The position numbers were made by a program, and so were the translations under genes. Of a DNA stretch of 64,000 bases, positions 21,882-31,624 are shown one piece after another. The notes under the pieces are model-generated. The model was not told the DNA's origin, did no database searches, and saw only the letters and a list, made by a program, of their open reading frames with translations. The DNA is from an uncultured Pelagibacteraceae bacterium (GTDB lineage Bacteria > Pseudomonadota > Alphaproteobacteria > Pelagibacterales > Pelagibacteraceae), in the NCBI GenBank assembly GCA_902612235.1, contig CACMCJ010000004.1:5314-69313 (forward strand), in the 5' to 3' direction. Each line of letters opens with the position of its first letter. The first letter of the stretch is position 1.

Positions 21882-22518
21882 AAAGATATTTATTGGTGAA
21901 TTTATAGGAAGTTGTTTTTTAGTCATGATTATTGTTGGTTCAGGTATTATGGCTCAAAATCTAACTGATGATATCGCTGTAATGTTAATAGCGAATACTT
22001 TAGCTACAGGTGCAGGATTATTTGTTCTGATTACTTCAATCGGTGATATCTCCGGCGCACATTTCAATCCTGTCGTTACTTTAGCAATGTATTTTACCAA
22101 CAAGATTAAAAAAAATTTAATTATCACTTATATCTCTGCTCAAATCTTAGGTTGCATGTTAGGGGTAATGTTAGCAAATTTTATGTTTGATCTTCCTTTG
22201 TTGCAGCTTTCACAGAAGATTAGACCTGGAATAAATATTTTTACAGCTGAGATCATTGCAACTTTTGGATTAATTTTTGTGATATTTGGATCTTTAAAGA
22301 GCGGCAAACTTGCGGTCGCTTCATCAGTAGCTACTTTTATAACAGCGGGGTATTGGTTTACCTCTTCAACTTCTTTTGCAAATCCAGCGGTAGCAATCGC
22401 AAGAACTTTTACAGACACATTTACTGGAATTAATTACTTAAATACTCCTAGCTATATCATTGCTGAGATGCTTGGTGGAATATTGGCGGTCTATTTAATC
22501 AGAAAAATTATTTTGTAA
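21871..22518 (+). CDS. MIP/aquaporin channel, AqpS-like arsenite efflux
   Basis: SGAHFNPV and FANPA loops, YWFTSSTSF; overlaps arsC. Confidence 0.85.
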   Translation: MKIKKIFIGEFIGSCFLVMIIVGSGIMAQNLTDDIAVMLIANTLATGAGLFVLITSIGDISGAHFNPVVTLAMYFTNKIKKNLIITYISAQILGCMLGVMLANFMFDLPLLQLSQKIRPGINIFTAEIIATFGLIFVIFGSLKSGKLAVASSVATFITAGYWFTSSTSFANPAVAIARTFTDTFTGINYLNTPSYIIAEMLGGILAVYLIRKIIL

Positions 22519-22595
22519 TTGGAGGGCAGCCCAAGGAAATATTGGTACCTTGGGCTAATTAATTAACAACAGTTGGGAGACTGATAATCAGTTAA
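22517..22595. ncRNA. Candidate small structured RNA between the convergent aqp and ppx genes
   Basis: GC-rich 9-bp hairpin AGCCCAAGG/CCTTGGGCT, second hairpin ACTGA/TCAGT, CTCCC and CCCTCC motifs on the minus strand; promoter-like sequence at 22597-22647. Confidence 0.45.
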
Positions 22596-22648
22596 TAATA
22601 TATAAATGCTAAAAAAATATTTAAATTAAGTTAAAGATTTATTAATTT

Positions 22649-24154
22649 TCAAGAATAAATGATATTGGAGTCGACATTCATCTCTCTTGCCAGGTTTTTA
22701 AGTCTTTTAGTTACTTGTTTTGAGACTATATCGCTATGATTGTTAGGTATTTTCAAAAAAATAGTCTTATTTCTTTTATAAATTTTAAATTCATCTAACA
22801 ACAAAGAAGACATGCTAGTGAGTGACTCTGCTAATCTTAAAGCAGATCCCACTTGCTTTGAGGATAAAATTTCGTTGTTATTTAATAAGGATAAAAACTG
22901 ATAATTCGGATTATATTTTAAGCCACAATGTCTCCAAAAACTTGCTGATGCAACTTTTACTCTATCTCTATGTTCTAGTTTTAGTAATGGAGTATTTAAC
23001 ACTTCCATAAAAACTAATTCTGCTTTTTGAAAAGCTCCTAGGCCCCAATCCATTTTACTTAAGATGCAAGCCAAAGTTAGTAATCTTCGATTAAAATATT
23101 CGTTGTCTTCAAATAATGGTGAAATAAAATTAAAATATTTCTCAAAACTCTTTCCATAGTCCCCTTTTTTAAAAGATATACCATCAGTTTTTAATTTGAA
23201 AATTTCATCCTCGCTCATTCCTTGGTTTATAATTGTATCCATATGCCCCTCTCTCAGTCCACTGATTGAGCAAATAACTTTTGAGGGGCTTGCTGCTTCA
23301 ATTATTTCGTTAAGTATTATAGAGCTAAAAGGTAAATAGGGAGTTCTAGATTTAGTAATATATTCCATTGATTTCAAAGATGATTTATTAAATTTTGAAA
23401 TTCTGTTTAAGTATTTAACTGCTACATCTTTTGAGAGTTTATATTGATGCAAAATATGTAATGGGTGTTTTTCTTTAAAGAGATGATATTTAAATAATGA
23501 TCTCCAAGTCCCTCCTACCAAATAAATATTTTTAAATTTCTTTTTAGAAAGCCATTTTTCATCTCTTAAAAGTTTTCTAACATATTTTCTCAAATTTCTT
23601 TTTTTTATAATAGGATTATTTTCAAGTCTTAATACTCCGAGAGGTAAAGAGGTTATTTCAAAAATTTGATTTTTAGAAACTCTGGCAAGTTCTAAACTTC
23701 CACCTCCTAAATCTGCAACTAATCCATCTACTTCATCAAATCCTACCATTACACCATTTGCTGATGTTCTTGCTTCTTCCTCGCCAGATAATACTAGTGG
23801 TTTTTTATTAAATATTTTTTCAATTTCTCTTAAAAATTCACTTGCATCAGTGGCCTCTCTAAAAGCTGCTGTTGCAATAATTTCTAAATCTTGAACGTCT
23901 GAAATATCTAAAATTTCTTTAAATCTATTTAGAACTTTTAAAGAACCTTTAATTCCATCGGGATTTAGTTTTTTAGATTTATCTAAATTTTTTCCAAGTT
24001 TGCAAACTGCTTTTTCATTAAAGACTGGGATTGGAGAAATTTTAAAATTATCGTATATGAGCATTCTTACTGAATTTGATCCAAGATCTATTATGGCTTG
24101 CTTAGACTTTTTATTAGACTGAAATTTAAAAAGATTTTTTAATTCTGGTTTCAT
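22649..24154 (-). CDS. ppx: Exopolyphosphatase, Ppx/GppA family
   Basis: IDLGSNSVR, ATAAFREA, LSGEEEA, DLGGGSLE, GLREG. Confidence 0.93.
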   Translation of the reverse strand: MKPELKNLFKFQSNKKSKQAIIDLGSNSVRMLIYDNFKISPIPVFNEKAVCKLGKNLDKSKKLNPDGIKGSLKVLNRFKEILDISDVQDLEIIATAAFREATDASEFLREIEKIFNKKPLVLSGEEEARTSANGVMVGFDEVDGLVADLGGGSLELARVSKNQIFEITSLPLGVLRLENNPIIKKRNLRKYVRKLLRDEKWLSKKKFKNIYLVGGTWRSLFKYHLFKEKHPLHILHQYKLSKDVAVKYLNRISKFNKSSLKSMEYITKSRTPYLPFSSIILNEIIEAASPSKVICSISGLREGHMDTIINQGMSEDEIFKLKTDGISFKKGDYGKSFEKYFNFISPLFEDNEYFNRRLLTLACILSKMDWGLGAFQKAELVFMEVLNTPLLKLEHRDRVKVASASFWRHCGLKYNPNYQFLSLLNNNEILSSKQVGSALRLAESLTSMSSLLLDEFKIYKRNKTIFLKIPNNHSDIVSKQVTKRLKNLAREMNVDSNIIYS

Positions 24155-26277
24155 TTTACTAATCTCAAATTTTGAGGTTTAGCTCTTAAAATTGACTTAC
24201 CGCGACCTGATAAACTTGGATTCTTCATGAAATAGGAATGTGCGGAAAAGCCTTTTTCTTGTTCTTTATGATAGTTTCCTATGCTATCTAAATACCATGT
24301 TTCCGATTTATCTTTAAAGTTGGCTAACATAATTTGATCTAAAATTTGCTCATGTACAGTATTGTTTTCTATCGGAATTATAATTTCAATTCTTCTATCT
24401 AAATTTCTAGGCATTAAATCTGCAGATGAAATATATACCTGATTCTCTCGAGAGGGCATAGAACTACCATTTGCAAAACAATAAATTCTTGAGTGTTCTA
24501 AAAATCTGCCAATAAGGCTTTTTACTTTTATATTTTCAGATTGACCTTTAATTCCAGGTCTTAAGCAACATACTCCTCTTACCGATAAATTTATTTTTAC
24601 TCCTGCGTTTGAAGCTTCGTAAAATTTCTTAATAATTCCAGGGTCTACAAGAGAATTCATTTTTGCCCATATTTCTGCAGGTTTTCCTTTATTTGCATTT
24701 ACTATTTCATTTTCAATTTTTTTGTCAAAAAAATTCCTACTATTTAATGGAGACATAAAAATTTTATTCAATTTTTTTGGTTTTGCATAACCAGTTACAT
24801 AATTAAAAAATTTTTCGACATCTTTGGCCAAGTCTTGATTAGAGCTAAACAGTGATAAGTCAGTATAAATTTTTGCGTTAATAGGATGATAGTTTCCTGT
24901 ACCTAAGTGAACATAGCTTCGCGTTTTAGCTCCTTCTTTTCTTAAAACTAAACTTGCCTTTGCATGCGTTTTGTATTTTGCGAATCCGTAAACAATTTGA
25001 ACGCCAGCTTTCTCTAGTTTCCTAGATAATTCAATATTAGCTTCCTCATCAAATCGAGCTTTTATTTCTATTACGGCTGTAACAACTTTTCCGTTTTCTG
25101 CTGCTCTACTTAGTGCTTTTACGATAGGAGAGTCAGGTGTGGTTCGATACAAAGTTTGTTTGATACCGATAACTTTAGGATCTTTTGCTGCAGCTTCTAA
25201 AAATTGAATTACTACATCAAAAGTTTCAAAAGGGTGGTGTACAACAAAATCTTTACTTCTTATAGCCGAAAAAAATTTATCATCAAATTCCTTCAATCTT
25301 TCAACTTCTCTAGGATTAAACTTTTTAAATCTCAGCTTTGGATCTTTCTTTTTACAAATTTCATCTATATCTTGTATTCCAACCAATCCTTCAACCTCAT
25401 AAATATGATCTTCATCCATTTTAAATTTTTTTGAAATAAAATTTAAAAGTTTTTTGTTTGAATTAGTGAGTACTTCGAGTTTAACTACGTTTCCCCTTCT
25501 TCTTTTCTTAATTGCTTTTTCAAAATATCTCACAAGATCAGCAGCTTCATCATCTATTTCAATTTCGCTGTCTCTAATTATTTTAAACTGCAAACTTGCC
25601 TCGATATTATGGTCTGGAAATATTTCATTAGCAAATTTACAAATTACGTCATCAATTGTGACAAATTCATTTATTGTTTCAGAGTTTTTTAGAGATACAA
25701 ATTTTGGAAGTGCTCTTGGTATAACTATAATTGCATTTAGTTCTCTTTTTTTTTTTATTCTAGTCATTCTTAGTAAAATTGCTTGGCCTTTATTTGGTAT
25801 AAAAGGAAAGGGATGTGATGGGTCAATGGCAGTAGGTGTTATTATAGGATAAATTGTTTCCTGAAAATATTCTCTTAGATACATAAGATCCTTCTTATTC
25901 AGTTCTGACATTTTTCGAATGAAAATTTTTTCTTTCGATAGCTCTTTTTTCAACTCTAGGAATGCTTCGTTTTGCTTCTTTAATAGATCTTTAGTTTTTA
26001 ATACGACCATATTCAATTGATCCTCTGCAGTTAATCCATCTGCGCTTAATTCGTCAAAACCATCTTTAATTTGATTAAAAAGTCCAGCGACTCTTACCAT
26101 AAAAAATTCATCTAAATTTGTACCTGCGATTGATAAAAATTTTACTCTTTCAAATAAAGGATTTGTTTTATCTTTTGACTCTTCTAAAACACGATCATTA
26201 AACTGAAGCCAAGATAATTCTCTGTTTATGAGTTGATTGCTAATATTAGCGTTTTCTGAAAATGATGCTTTCGACAT
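24151..26277 (-). CDS. ppk: Polyphosphate kinase 1
   Basis: NRELSWL.FN.RVL, LDEFFMVRVAGL, HHPF, KQTLYR, ARFDE, KTHAK, GRFLEHSR. Confidence 0.98.
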   Translation of the reverse strand: MSKASFSENANISNQLINRELSWLQFNDRVLEESKDKTNPLFERVKFLSIAGTNLDEFFMVRVAGLFNQIKDGFDELSADGLTAEDQLNMVVLKTKDLLKKQNEAFLELKKELSKEKIFIRKMSELNKKDLMYLREYFQETIYPIITPTAIDPSHPFPFIPNKGQAILLRMTRIKKKRELNAIIVIPRALPKFVSLKNSETINEFVTIDDVICKFANEIFPDHNIEASLQFKIIRDSEIEIDDEAADLVRYFEKAIKKRRRGNVVKLEVLTNSNKKLLNFISKKFKMDEDHIYEVEGLVGIQDIDEICKKKDPKLRFKKFNPREVERLKEFDDKFFSAIRSKDFVVHHPFETFDVVIQFLEAAAKDPKVIGIKQTLYRTTPDSPIVKALSRAAENGKVVTAVIEIKARFDEEANIELSRKLEKAGVQIVYGFAKYKTHAKASLVLRKEGAKTRSYVHLGTGNYHPINAKIYTDLSLFSSNQDLAKDVEKFFNYVTGYAKPKKLNKIFMSPLNSRNFFDKKIENEIVNANKGKPAEIWAKMNSLVDPGIIKKFYEASNAGVKINLSVRGVCCLRPGIKGQSENIKVKSLIGRFLEHSRIYCFANGSSMPSRENQVYISSADLMPRNLDRRIEIIIPIENNTVHEQILDQIMLANFKDKSETWYLDSIGNYHKEQEKGFSAHSYFMKNPSLSGRGKSILRAKPQNLRLVK

Positions 26278-26299
26278 ATTTAAATGTTAAATTAAAAAT

Positions 26300-26824
26300 A
26301 TGTTTAAATTATATGCGATGAGACATGCTAAATCTAGTTGGGATTTTCCAGATTTAGATGATCATGACAGGCCATTGAATAAAAGAGGGGTAAATTCAGC
26401 AAAATTAATTTGTGAATTTTTTATTAAAAAGAAATTAAAATTTGATTTAGTTTATTGCTCATCCTCTAAAAGGACAATACAAACATTAAATATATTGTCA
26501 GAAAAAATCAGTTTTAAGAAAATTATTAAAAAAAAAGCGCTTTATCATGCTAGTGAGGATGAAATTATTCATATCTTAAAACAAACAGTTGATAATTATA
26601 AAACTTTACTTTTAATCAATCATGAACCTTCAATTAGTGAACTCATAAATCGAATCTGTCTTAAAGAAAACTCTGAACAATTTGAAAATTTAAAAAGAAA
26701 ATTTCCTACTGCAGCCGTTGCTGAAGTAAGTTTTAATTTCAATGATTGGGAAAAGTTATCAAAAGTTAAAGGAAAATTAATATCATTTATAAAGCCAAAA
26801 GATCTTCAAACATCTAAGGAATAG
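26300..26824 (+). CDS. sixA: Phosphohistidine phosphatase SixA family
   Basis: MRHAKSSW, DHDRPL..RG, SS..RT.QT, HEP, FPTA. Confidence 0.85.
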   Translation: MFKLYAMRHAKSSWDFPDLDDHDRPLNKRGVNSAKLICEFFIKKKLKFDLVYCSSSKRTIQTLNILSEKISFKKIIKKKALYHASEDEIIHILKQTVDNYKTLLLINHEPSISELINRICLKENSEQFENLKRKFPTAAVAEVSFNFNDWEKLSKVKGKLISFIKPKDLQTSKE

Positions 26825-27489
26825 CCAGCAGATCTTACTGTTCTGATAAGATCTTTCTTGCCATCAATATTTATTGCTTTTCTTAGTCTTCTTATATGAA
26901 CATCTATAGTTCTGGACTCAACATAAATATCATCTCCCCATACAGAATTTAGAAGTTGCTCACGCGAATATACTCTTTTTGGATTCTTTATTAAAAAATC
27001 AATTAGTTTAAATTCGGTTGGGCCGACTATAACTTGTTTATCTGCTCTATAAACTCTTCGTTGAACTCTATCTACTTTAAGATCCTCAAATACTACAACA
27101 TCAGCGGCAACACTTGGTTTAGATCTCTTTAATAAAGCGTTAATTCTTGCAATAAGTTCTTTTTGGCTGAATGGCTTAGTTACATAGTCATCAGCTCCTG
27201 TTTCAAATCCTTTAAGTTTGTCTTCTTCCTCACCTTTGGCTGTTAACATAATGATTGGGATATTTTTGTGAAGATTGCTTCTTTTCAAATTTTTACAGAC
27301 TTCAACACCTGAAATATCTGGCAACATCCAATCTAATAAAATTAAATCAGGATTTTTTTCCTTTATATTTCTAATAGCGTCTTCTCCATTGACTGCATAA
27401 TCAACTTTGTGACCCTCTTTTTCTAAATTATATTTAAGTAAAGTTACGATGGGCATTTCATCTTCAACAATGAATAAATTTGCCCTCAT
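26806..27489 (-). CDS. phoB: Phosphate regulon response regulator
   Basis: LLDWMLP, GADDYVTKPFS, RTIDVHIRRLRK, RTVRSAGY; follows phoU. Confidence 0.96.
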   Translation of the reverse strand: MRANLFIVEDEMPIVTLLKYNLEKEGHKVDYAVNGEDAIRNIKEKNPDLILLDWMLPDISGVEVCKNLKRSNLHKNIPIIMLTAKGEEEDKLKGFETGADDYVTKPFSQKELIARINALLKRSKPSVAADVVVFEDLKVDRVQRRVYRADKQVIVGPTEFKLIDFLIKNPKRVYSREQLLNSVWGDDIYVESRTIDVHIRRLRKAINIDGKKDLIRTVRSAGYSLDV

Positions 27490-28169
27490 TATCCTTTTGG
27501 TCGGTCTCCCTCTAAATAATCTCCTGTAATCAGAAAATAAACTTGCTCTGCAATATTGGTTGCATGATCTCCAATCCTCTCAATATTTTTAAGCATGAAA
27601 AGTAGTTGGGTTACTTTTTGTATATCGTTTTTATTTTTTTCTAAATGCTTTACTGCAGCTTCCATATTAGAATTAGTCATTTGATCTATTTCTTCATCAG
27701 AATTCCAAACATTTTCTGCTGTATCTTTAGCTCTATGTAAATACGAATTTAAAACTGCATTGACTTGTTTTGATGCTTTTAAACCAGCTATTTCGAAATT
27801 TTTAGTAATATCAATAGGTAAATCAGTTCCAATTTTAGTTAATCGTTTTGAGATGTTTTTTGCTAAATCACCAATTCTCTCTAAGTCTGAAGAAACTTTT
27901 AAGGCAACAACTGTTTCTCTTAAATCTATTGCCATAGGTTGCCTTAAGGCAATCAAATTTACAACTTGCTCTTCTATATTTATTTCATACTTATCAGTCA
28001 ATTCGTCATCTTTGATAGATTTTTCTGCTAAACTAATGTCTTTTTTAACTAAAGATTGAATAGTGTTTTCAAGCTGTTTCTCAACTCCAGTTCCCATTTT
28101 CACTATTGTATCTTTTAATAACTGAAGTTGCTCTTCGTAAGATTTTACAATGTGCGGTTTTTCACTCAT
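27489..28169 (-). CDS. phoU: Phosphate signalling protein PhoU
   Basis: QPMAIDLR, DLERIGD, ERIGDHATNIAE. Confidence 0.96.
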   Translation of the reverse strand: MSEKPHIVKSYEEQLQLLKDTIVKMGTGVEKQLENTIQSLVKKDISLAEKSIKDDELTDKYEINIEEQVVNLIALRQPMAIDLRETVVALKVSSDLERIGDLAKNISKRLTKIGTDLPIDITKNFEIAGLKASKQVNAVLNSYLHRAKDTAENVWNSDEEIDQMTNSNMEAAVKHLEKNKNDIQKVTQLLFMLKNIERIGDHATNIAEQVYFLITGDYLEGDRPKG

Positions 28170-28924
28170 TAACCAAACCTTCCTGTAATATAATCCTGAG
28201 TTTGCTGATTATCAGGATTTTTAAATATTTTATCTGTTGGTCCAAATTCTATAAGTTTTCCCAAATGAAAGAAACCTGTTTTTTGAGATACCCTAGCTGC
28301 TTGTGACATTGAGTGGGTAACTATCACAATTGTGACCTCTTTTTTAAGATCATCTATAAGTTCTTCAATTTGAGCTGTTGCTATTGGGTCAAGCGCTGAA
28401 CATGGTTCGTCCATAAGAATCACTTCTGGACTTACAGATATAGCTCTAGCAATACATAGTCGTTGCTGTTGACCTCCTGATAAACCAGTTCCGATTTCAT
28501 CAAGTCTATCTTTAACTTCGTTCCACAAGGCAGCTTTTTTCAAACTTGTTTCAACTATTTGATCCATTTCTTCTTTGCTCTGTGCAATACCGTGAATAGT
28601 AGGACCATAAGCTACATTTTCATAAATTGTTTTAGGGAATGGATTGGGTTTTTGAAAAACCATACCAACGTTCTCCCTAAGTCTCACAACATCTAACTTT
28701 CTTGAATTCAGTTCTAGGTTGTCCATTTTAATACTGCCTTCAACTCTACAAATTTCTATGACGTCGTTCATCCTGTTCAAGCATCTTAAGAAAGTAGACT
28801 TTCCACACCCAGATGGTCCAATTAAAGCTGTAACTTCTTTTTCTGCTATATCTATAGAGACGTCAAATAATGCCTGTTTGGATCCGTAATAAACATTTAC
28901 ATTTTCCGCTTTTATTTTACTCAT
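28169..28924 (-). CDS. pstB: Phosphate ABC transporter ATPase
   Basis: [33 protein letters not shown]. Confidence 0.98.
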   Translation of the reverse strand: MSKIKAENVNVYYGSKQALFDVSIDIAEKEVTALIGPSGCGKSTFLRCLNRMNDVIEICRVEGSIKMDNLELNSRKLDVVRLRENVGMVFQKPNPFPKTIYENVAYGPTIHGIAQSKEEMDQIVETSLKKAALWNEVKDRLDEIGTGLSGGQQQRLCIARAISVSPEVILMDEPCSALDPIATAQIEELIDDLKKEVTIVIVTHSMSQAARVSQKTGFFHLGKLIEFGPTDKIFKNPDNQQTQDYITGRFG

Positions 28925-30196
28925 TTAACTCCATTTCTTTTCAAATTTGTGTCTAACGATTTGAGCTGCCAAGTTCATTAAAATTAAAAAAGCTAGAAGC
29001 ACCATAATACATGCAGATACTTTTTCAACAAAACCCCTCTCAGCACTTTCTGACCATATATATATCTGAACTGGTAAACTTGCAGCAGGATCAACTGGCG
29101 TACCAGGTATTGTATTCACAAAAGCAACCATTCCTATTAAAATTAAAGGGGCTGTTTCCCCTAAAGCTTGAGCCAAGCCAATTATCGTTCCAGATAAAGT
29201 TCCAGGCATTGATAGTGGCACAGTATGATGCATGGTTGTTTGCATATTACTTGCACCCATCGCTAAAGCAGCTTCTCTTATACTTGGGGGAACAGCTTTT
29301 AAAGAAGCTCTTGCAGCAATAATTATTGTTGGTAATGTCATAAGAGACAAAGTAATTCCTCCAACAAGTGGTGTCGATCTTGGTAAATTAAAAACTGCTA
29401 ATAAAACACCAAGACCTAGCAAACCAAATACTATCGATGGAACAGCTGCCAAATTGTTAATGTTTACTTCTATAAAATCTGTAAATTTATTTTTTGGTGC
29501 AAACTCCTCGAGATAAATTGCAGCTAGCACTGCAACAGGAAATGAAAACGCTAAACATACTAGTATACTAAAAACTGTTCCCATAAACGAGCTAGCTATA
29601 CCTGCTAGTTCTGCCTCTCTTGAATCAGGACTTGTAAAAAAACTAATGTTAAACTCTGATAAAATATCTCCTCTTTCATTAAGCATATCGTAAATCTGCA
29701 ACTGGTAATCATTTACTCTTCTATTCTCCTCAGGAATATCTCTTGGATAATTTCCCTTATGAACTTGATCAACATCATCAGAAGCAGTTAATTTTATGGG
29801 CACTATTTTACCTAGATAGTCTGGATTTTTTAAAAGTAGATCTTTAACCTCTGCCTCATATTTATACGAAACCATTTGTATCAATTGACGATCCTCTTCT
29901 TCAGGAAGTCCAGGATCTAATGAGGTCATAGCTTTGTAAGCAACATCATAATAGTCTGCATTTTCTAAATCATCTTTTGATGGGCTTTCTGCATCGATTA
30001 AAAGTAATTCTTTATCATAATGAACTTCTGTTACTATCCAAGTTTTTTGGAAAGCTGAGTAACCTTTTGAAAATATCTGAAACATAAAAACTGCTAAAAA
30101 GCTTAAAGCTAATCCTATAGCTATTTTGCCATACCATTGAAATCTTCTTTCAGCGTTATATCTTTTTTTTAATAAATTTTTCTTAAAACTATTCAT
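28925..30196 (-). CDS. pstA: Phosphate ABC transporter permease (likely start ATG 30196)
   Basis: NLAAVPSIVFGL, REAALAMGAS, GETAPL. Confidence 0.96.
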   Translation of the reverse strand: MNSFKKNLLKKRYNAERRFQWYGKIAIGLALSFLAVFMFQIFSKGYSAFQKTWIVTEVHYDKELLLIDAESPSKDDLENADYYDVAYKAMTSLDPGLPEEEDRQLIQMVSYKYEAEVKDLLLKNPDYLGKIVPIKLTASDDVDQVHKGNYPRDIPEENRRVNDYQLQIYDMLNERGDILSEFNISFFTSPDSREAELAGIASSFMGTVFSILVCLAFSFPVAVLAAIYLEEFAPKNKFTDFIEVNINNLAAVPSIVFGLLGLGVLLAVFNLPRSTPLVGGITLSLMTLPTIIIAARASLKAVPPSIREAALAMGASNMQTTMHHTVPLSMPGTLSGTIIGLAQALGETAPLILIGMVAFVNTIPGTPVDPAASLPVQIYIWSESAERGFVEKVSACIMVLLAFLILMNLAAQIVRHKFEKKWS

Positions 30197-31565
30197 ATTT
30201 TTCCCTATATTTTTTAACAACTGAAAGAGCGATTACATTTAAGAGTAAAGTTACTATAAATAAAGATATTCCTAATGCAAAAGCTGATTGAGTTTTTGGA
30301 TCTCCAAATTGTTGGTCTCCAATTAAAATTACTACAATTTGCGCTGTAATGGTAGAAGTTGACTCAAGTGGATTCATTGTAAGATTAGCCGCTAGTCCTG
30401 AGGCCATTACAACAATCATTGTTTCTCCTACCGCTCTCGATACTGCTAAAAGTATCGAACCTACGATACCAGGTAGGGCTGCTGGAAAAATTACTTTTTT
30501 TACAGTTTCAGATTTTGTTGCGCCCATTGCGTAACTCCCATCTCTTAAATTTTGAGGTACTGCCGTCATAACGTCATCGCTTAGACTTGAAATAAAAGGA
30601 ATTATCATTACTCCCATAACTGCTCCTGCAGCTAAAGCGCTCTCCGCTGAAACTTCTAAACCCATAGCGTTACCAATTTCTTTAACAAAAGGACCGACGG
30701 TTAAAGCTGCAAAAAAACCATATACCACTGTTGGAATACCAGCTAAAATCTCAATAATAGGTTTCGCATATTTTCTTATGCCTCTTCCAGCATACTCAGA
30801 TAGATATATCCCACTCAGCAAACCTATGGGGATGGCAACACACATTGCAATAAAAGCAATAAAAAAAGTTCCAGCAAATAAAGGCACAGCTCCGAAAGCA
30901 TCCTTCATTAATTCAGGATCTGGTTGGCCATCTCTTACAAAAGTTTTAGCAGGATACCAATGAGTTCCGAATATAAAGTCAAAGATTTTTACTGCTTGAA
31001 AAAACCTAATCGCTTCGAATAAAAGTGAAAAAACTATTCCGATTGTAACTAAAACTGCGCCTAATGATGCAACAAATAACACCCATTTAAGAAAAATTTC
31101 TACTGGTTCTCTCATTCGATCATTTTTCTGAACAGATCTATACGCAAAACTCAGAGAGAAAATTAAAATTGCTAAAATAATTGCTACTTTAGCGCTGTTA
31201 GCTATTCCTTTTAATTGAATGTACTTATTAGCAGACTCATCTAGAAAATTAGTAATATTTCCCGTGTAAGTTCCTGCGGCTAATGCTTTAACCTTTGTGT
31301 AAATAAGCTGAAGCTCGTTTTTGGTTAAGTTCTGATCAGTGTAATCTTGTAAAATAAATGTTTTAACTATTGATGGTTCAAAAACTGACCAAAGAGCAAA
31401 AATTATTAATGCTGGTGCAGCACACCAAGCAGCTAAATAATATCCATAAAATTTTGGTAATGCCGTAAGTCTTTGTGATGATTGAATAACTAGAGCTTTT
31501 TTTCTACCGAAATAATAACTTGTGAAAGCTAAGAGAATAATAAAAGTTACAAGTATTAAATTCAT
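30189..31565 (-). CDS. pstC: Phosphate ABC transporter permease
   Basis: EILAGIPTVVYG, SRAVGETM. Confidence 0.96.
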   Translation of the reverse strand: MNLILVTFIILLAFTSYYFGRKKALVIQSSQRLTALPKFYGYYLAAWCAAPALIIFALWSVFEPSIVKTFILQDYTDQNLTKNELQLIYTKVKALAAGTYTGNITNFLDESANKYIQLKGIANSAKVAIILAILIFSLSFAYRSVQKNDRMREPVEIFLKWVLFVASLGAVLVTIGIVFSLLFEAIRFFQAVKIFDFIFGTHWYPAKTFVRDGQPDPELMKDAFGAVPLFAGTFFIAFIAMCVAIPIGLLSGIYLSEYAGRGIRKYAKPIIEILAGIPTVVYGFFAALTVGPFVKEIGNAMGLEVSAESALAAGAVMGVMIIPFISSLSDDVMTAVPQNLRDGSYAMGATKSETVKKVIFPAALPGIVGSILLAVSRAVGETMIVVMASGLAANLTMNPLESTSTITAQIVVILIGDQQFGDPKTQSAFALGISLFIVTLLLNVIALSVVKKYREKYE

Positions 31566-31582
31566 ATTGAGCTTCCAGAGAT

Positions 31583-31609
31583 AAAAAGGGGGTAAAATAC
31601 CCCCTTTTT
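31583..31609 (-). terminator. Intercistronic hairpin/terminator after pstS
   Basis: AAAAAGGGGGTA-TTT-TACCCCCTTTTT on the minus strand. Confidence 0.8.
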
Positions 31610-31624
31610 GTTTAATTGATACTA

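Noticed and set aside
22630-22645. Perfect CtrA-type box TTAA-N7-TTAAC
   Set aside because: Easily arises in such AT-rich DNA; CtrA is reported missing from Pelagibacter; the context favours PhoB, which has the same 11-bp period
26278-26320. Pho box for ppk (TTTAAAC-ATAT-TTTTAAT on the minus strand)
   Set aside because: Almost all A/T and no correctly spaced -10; too weak to call
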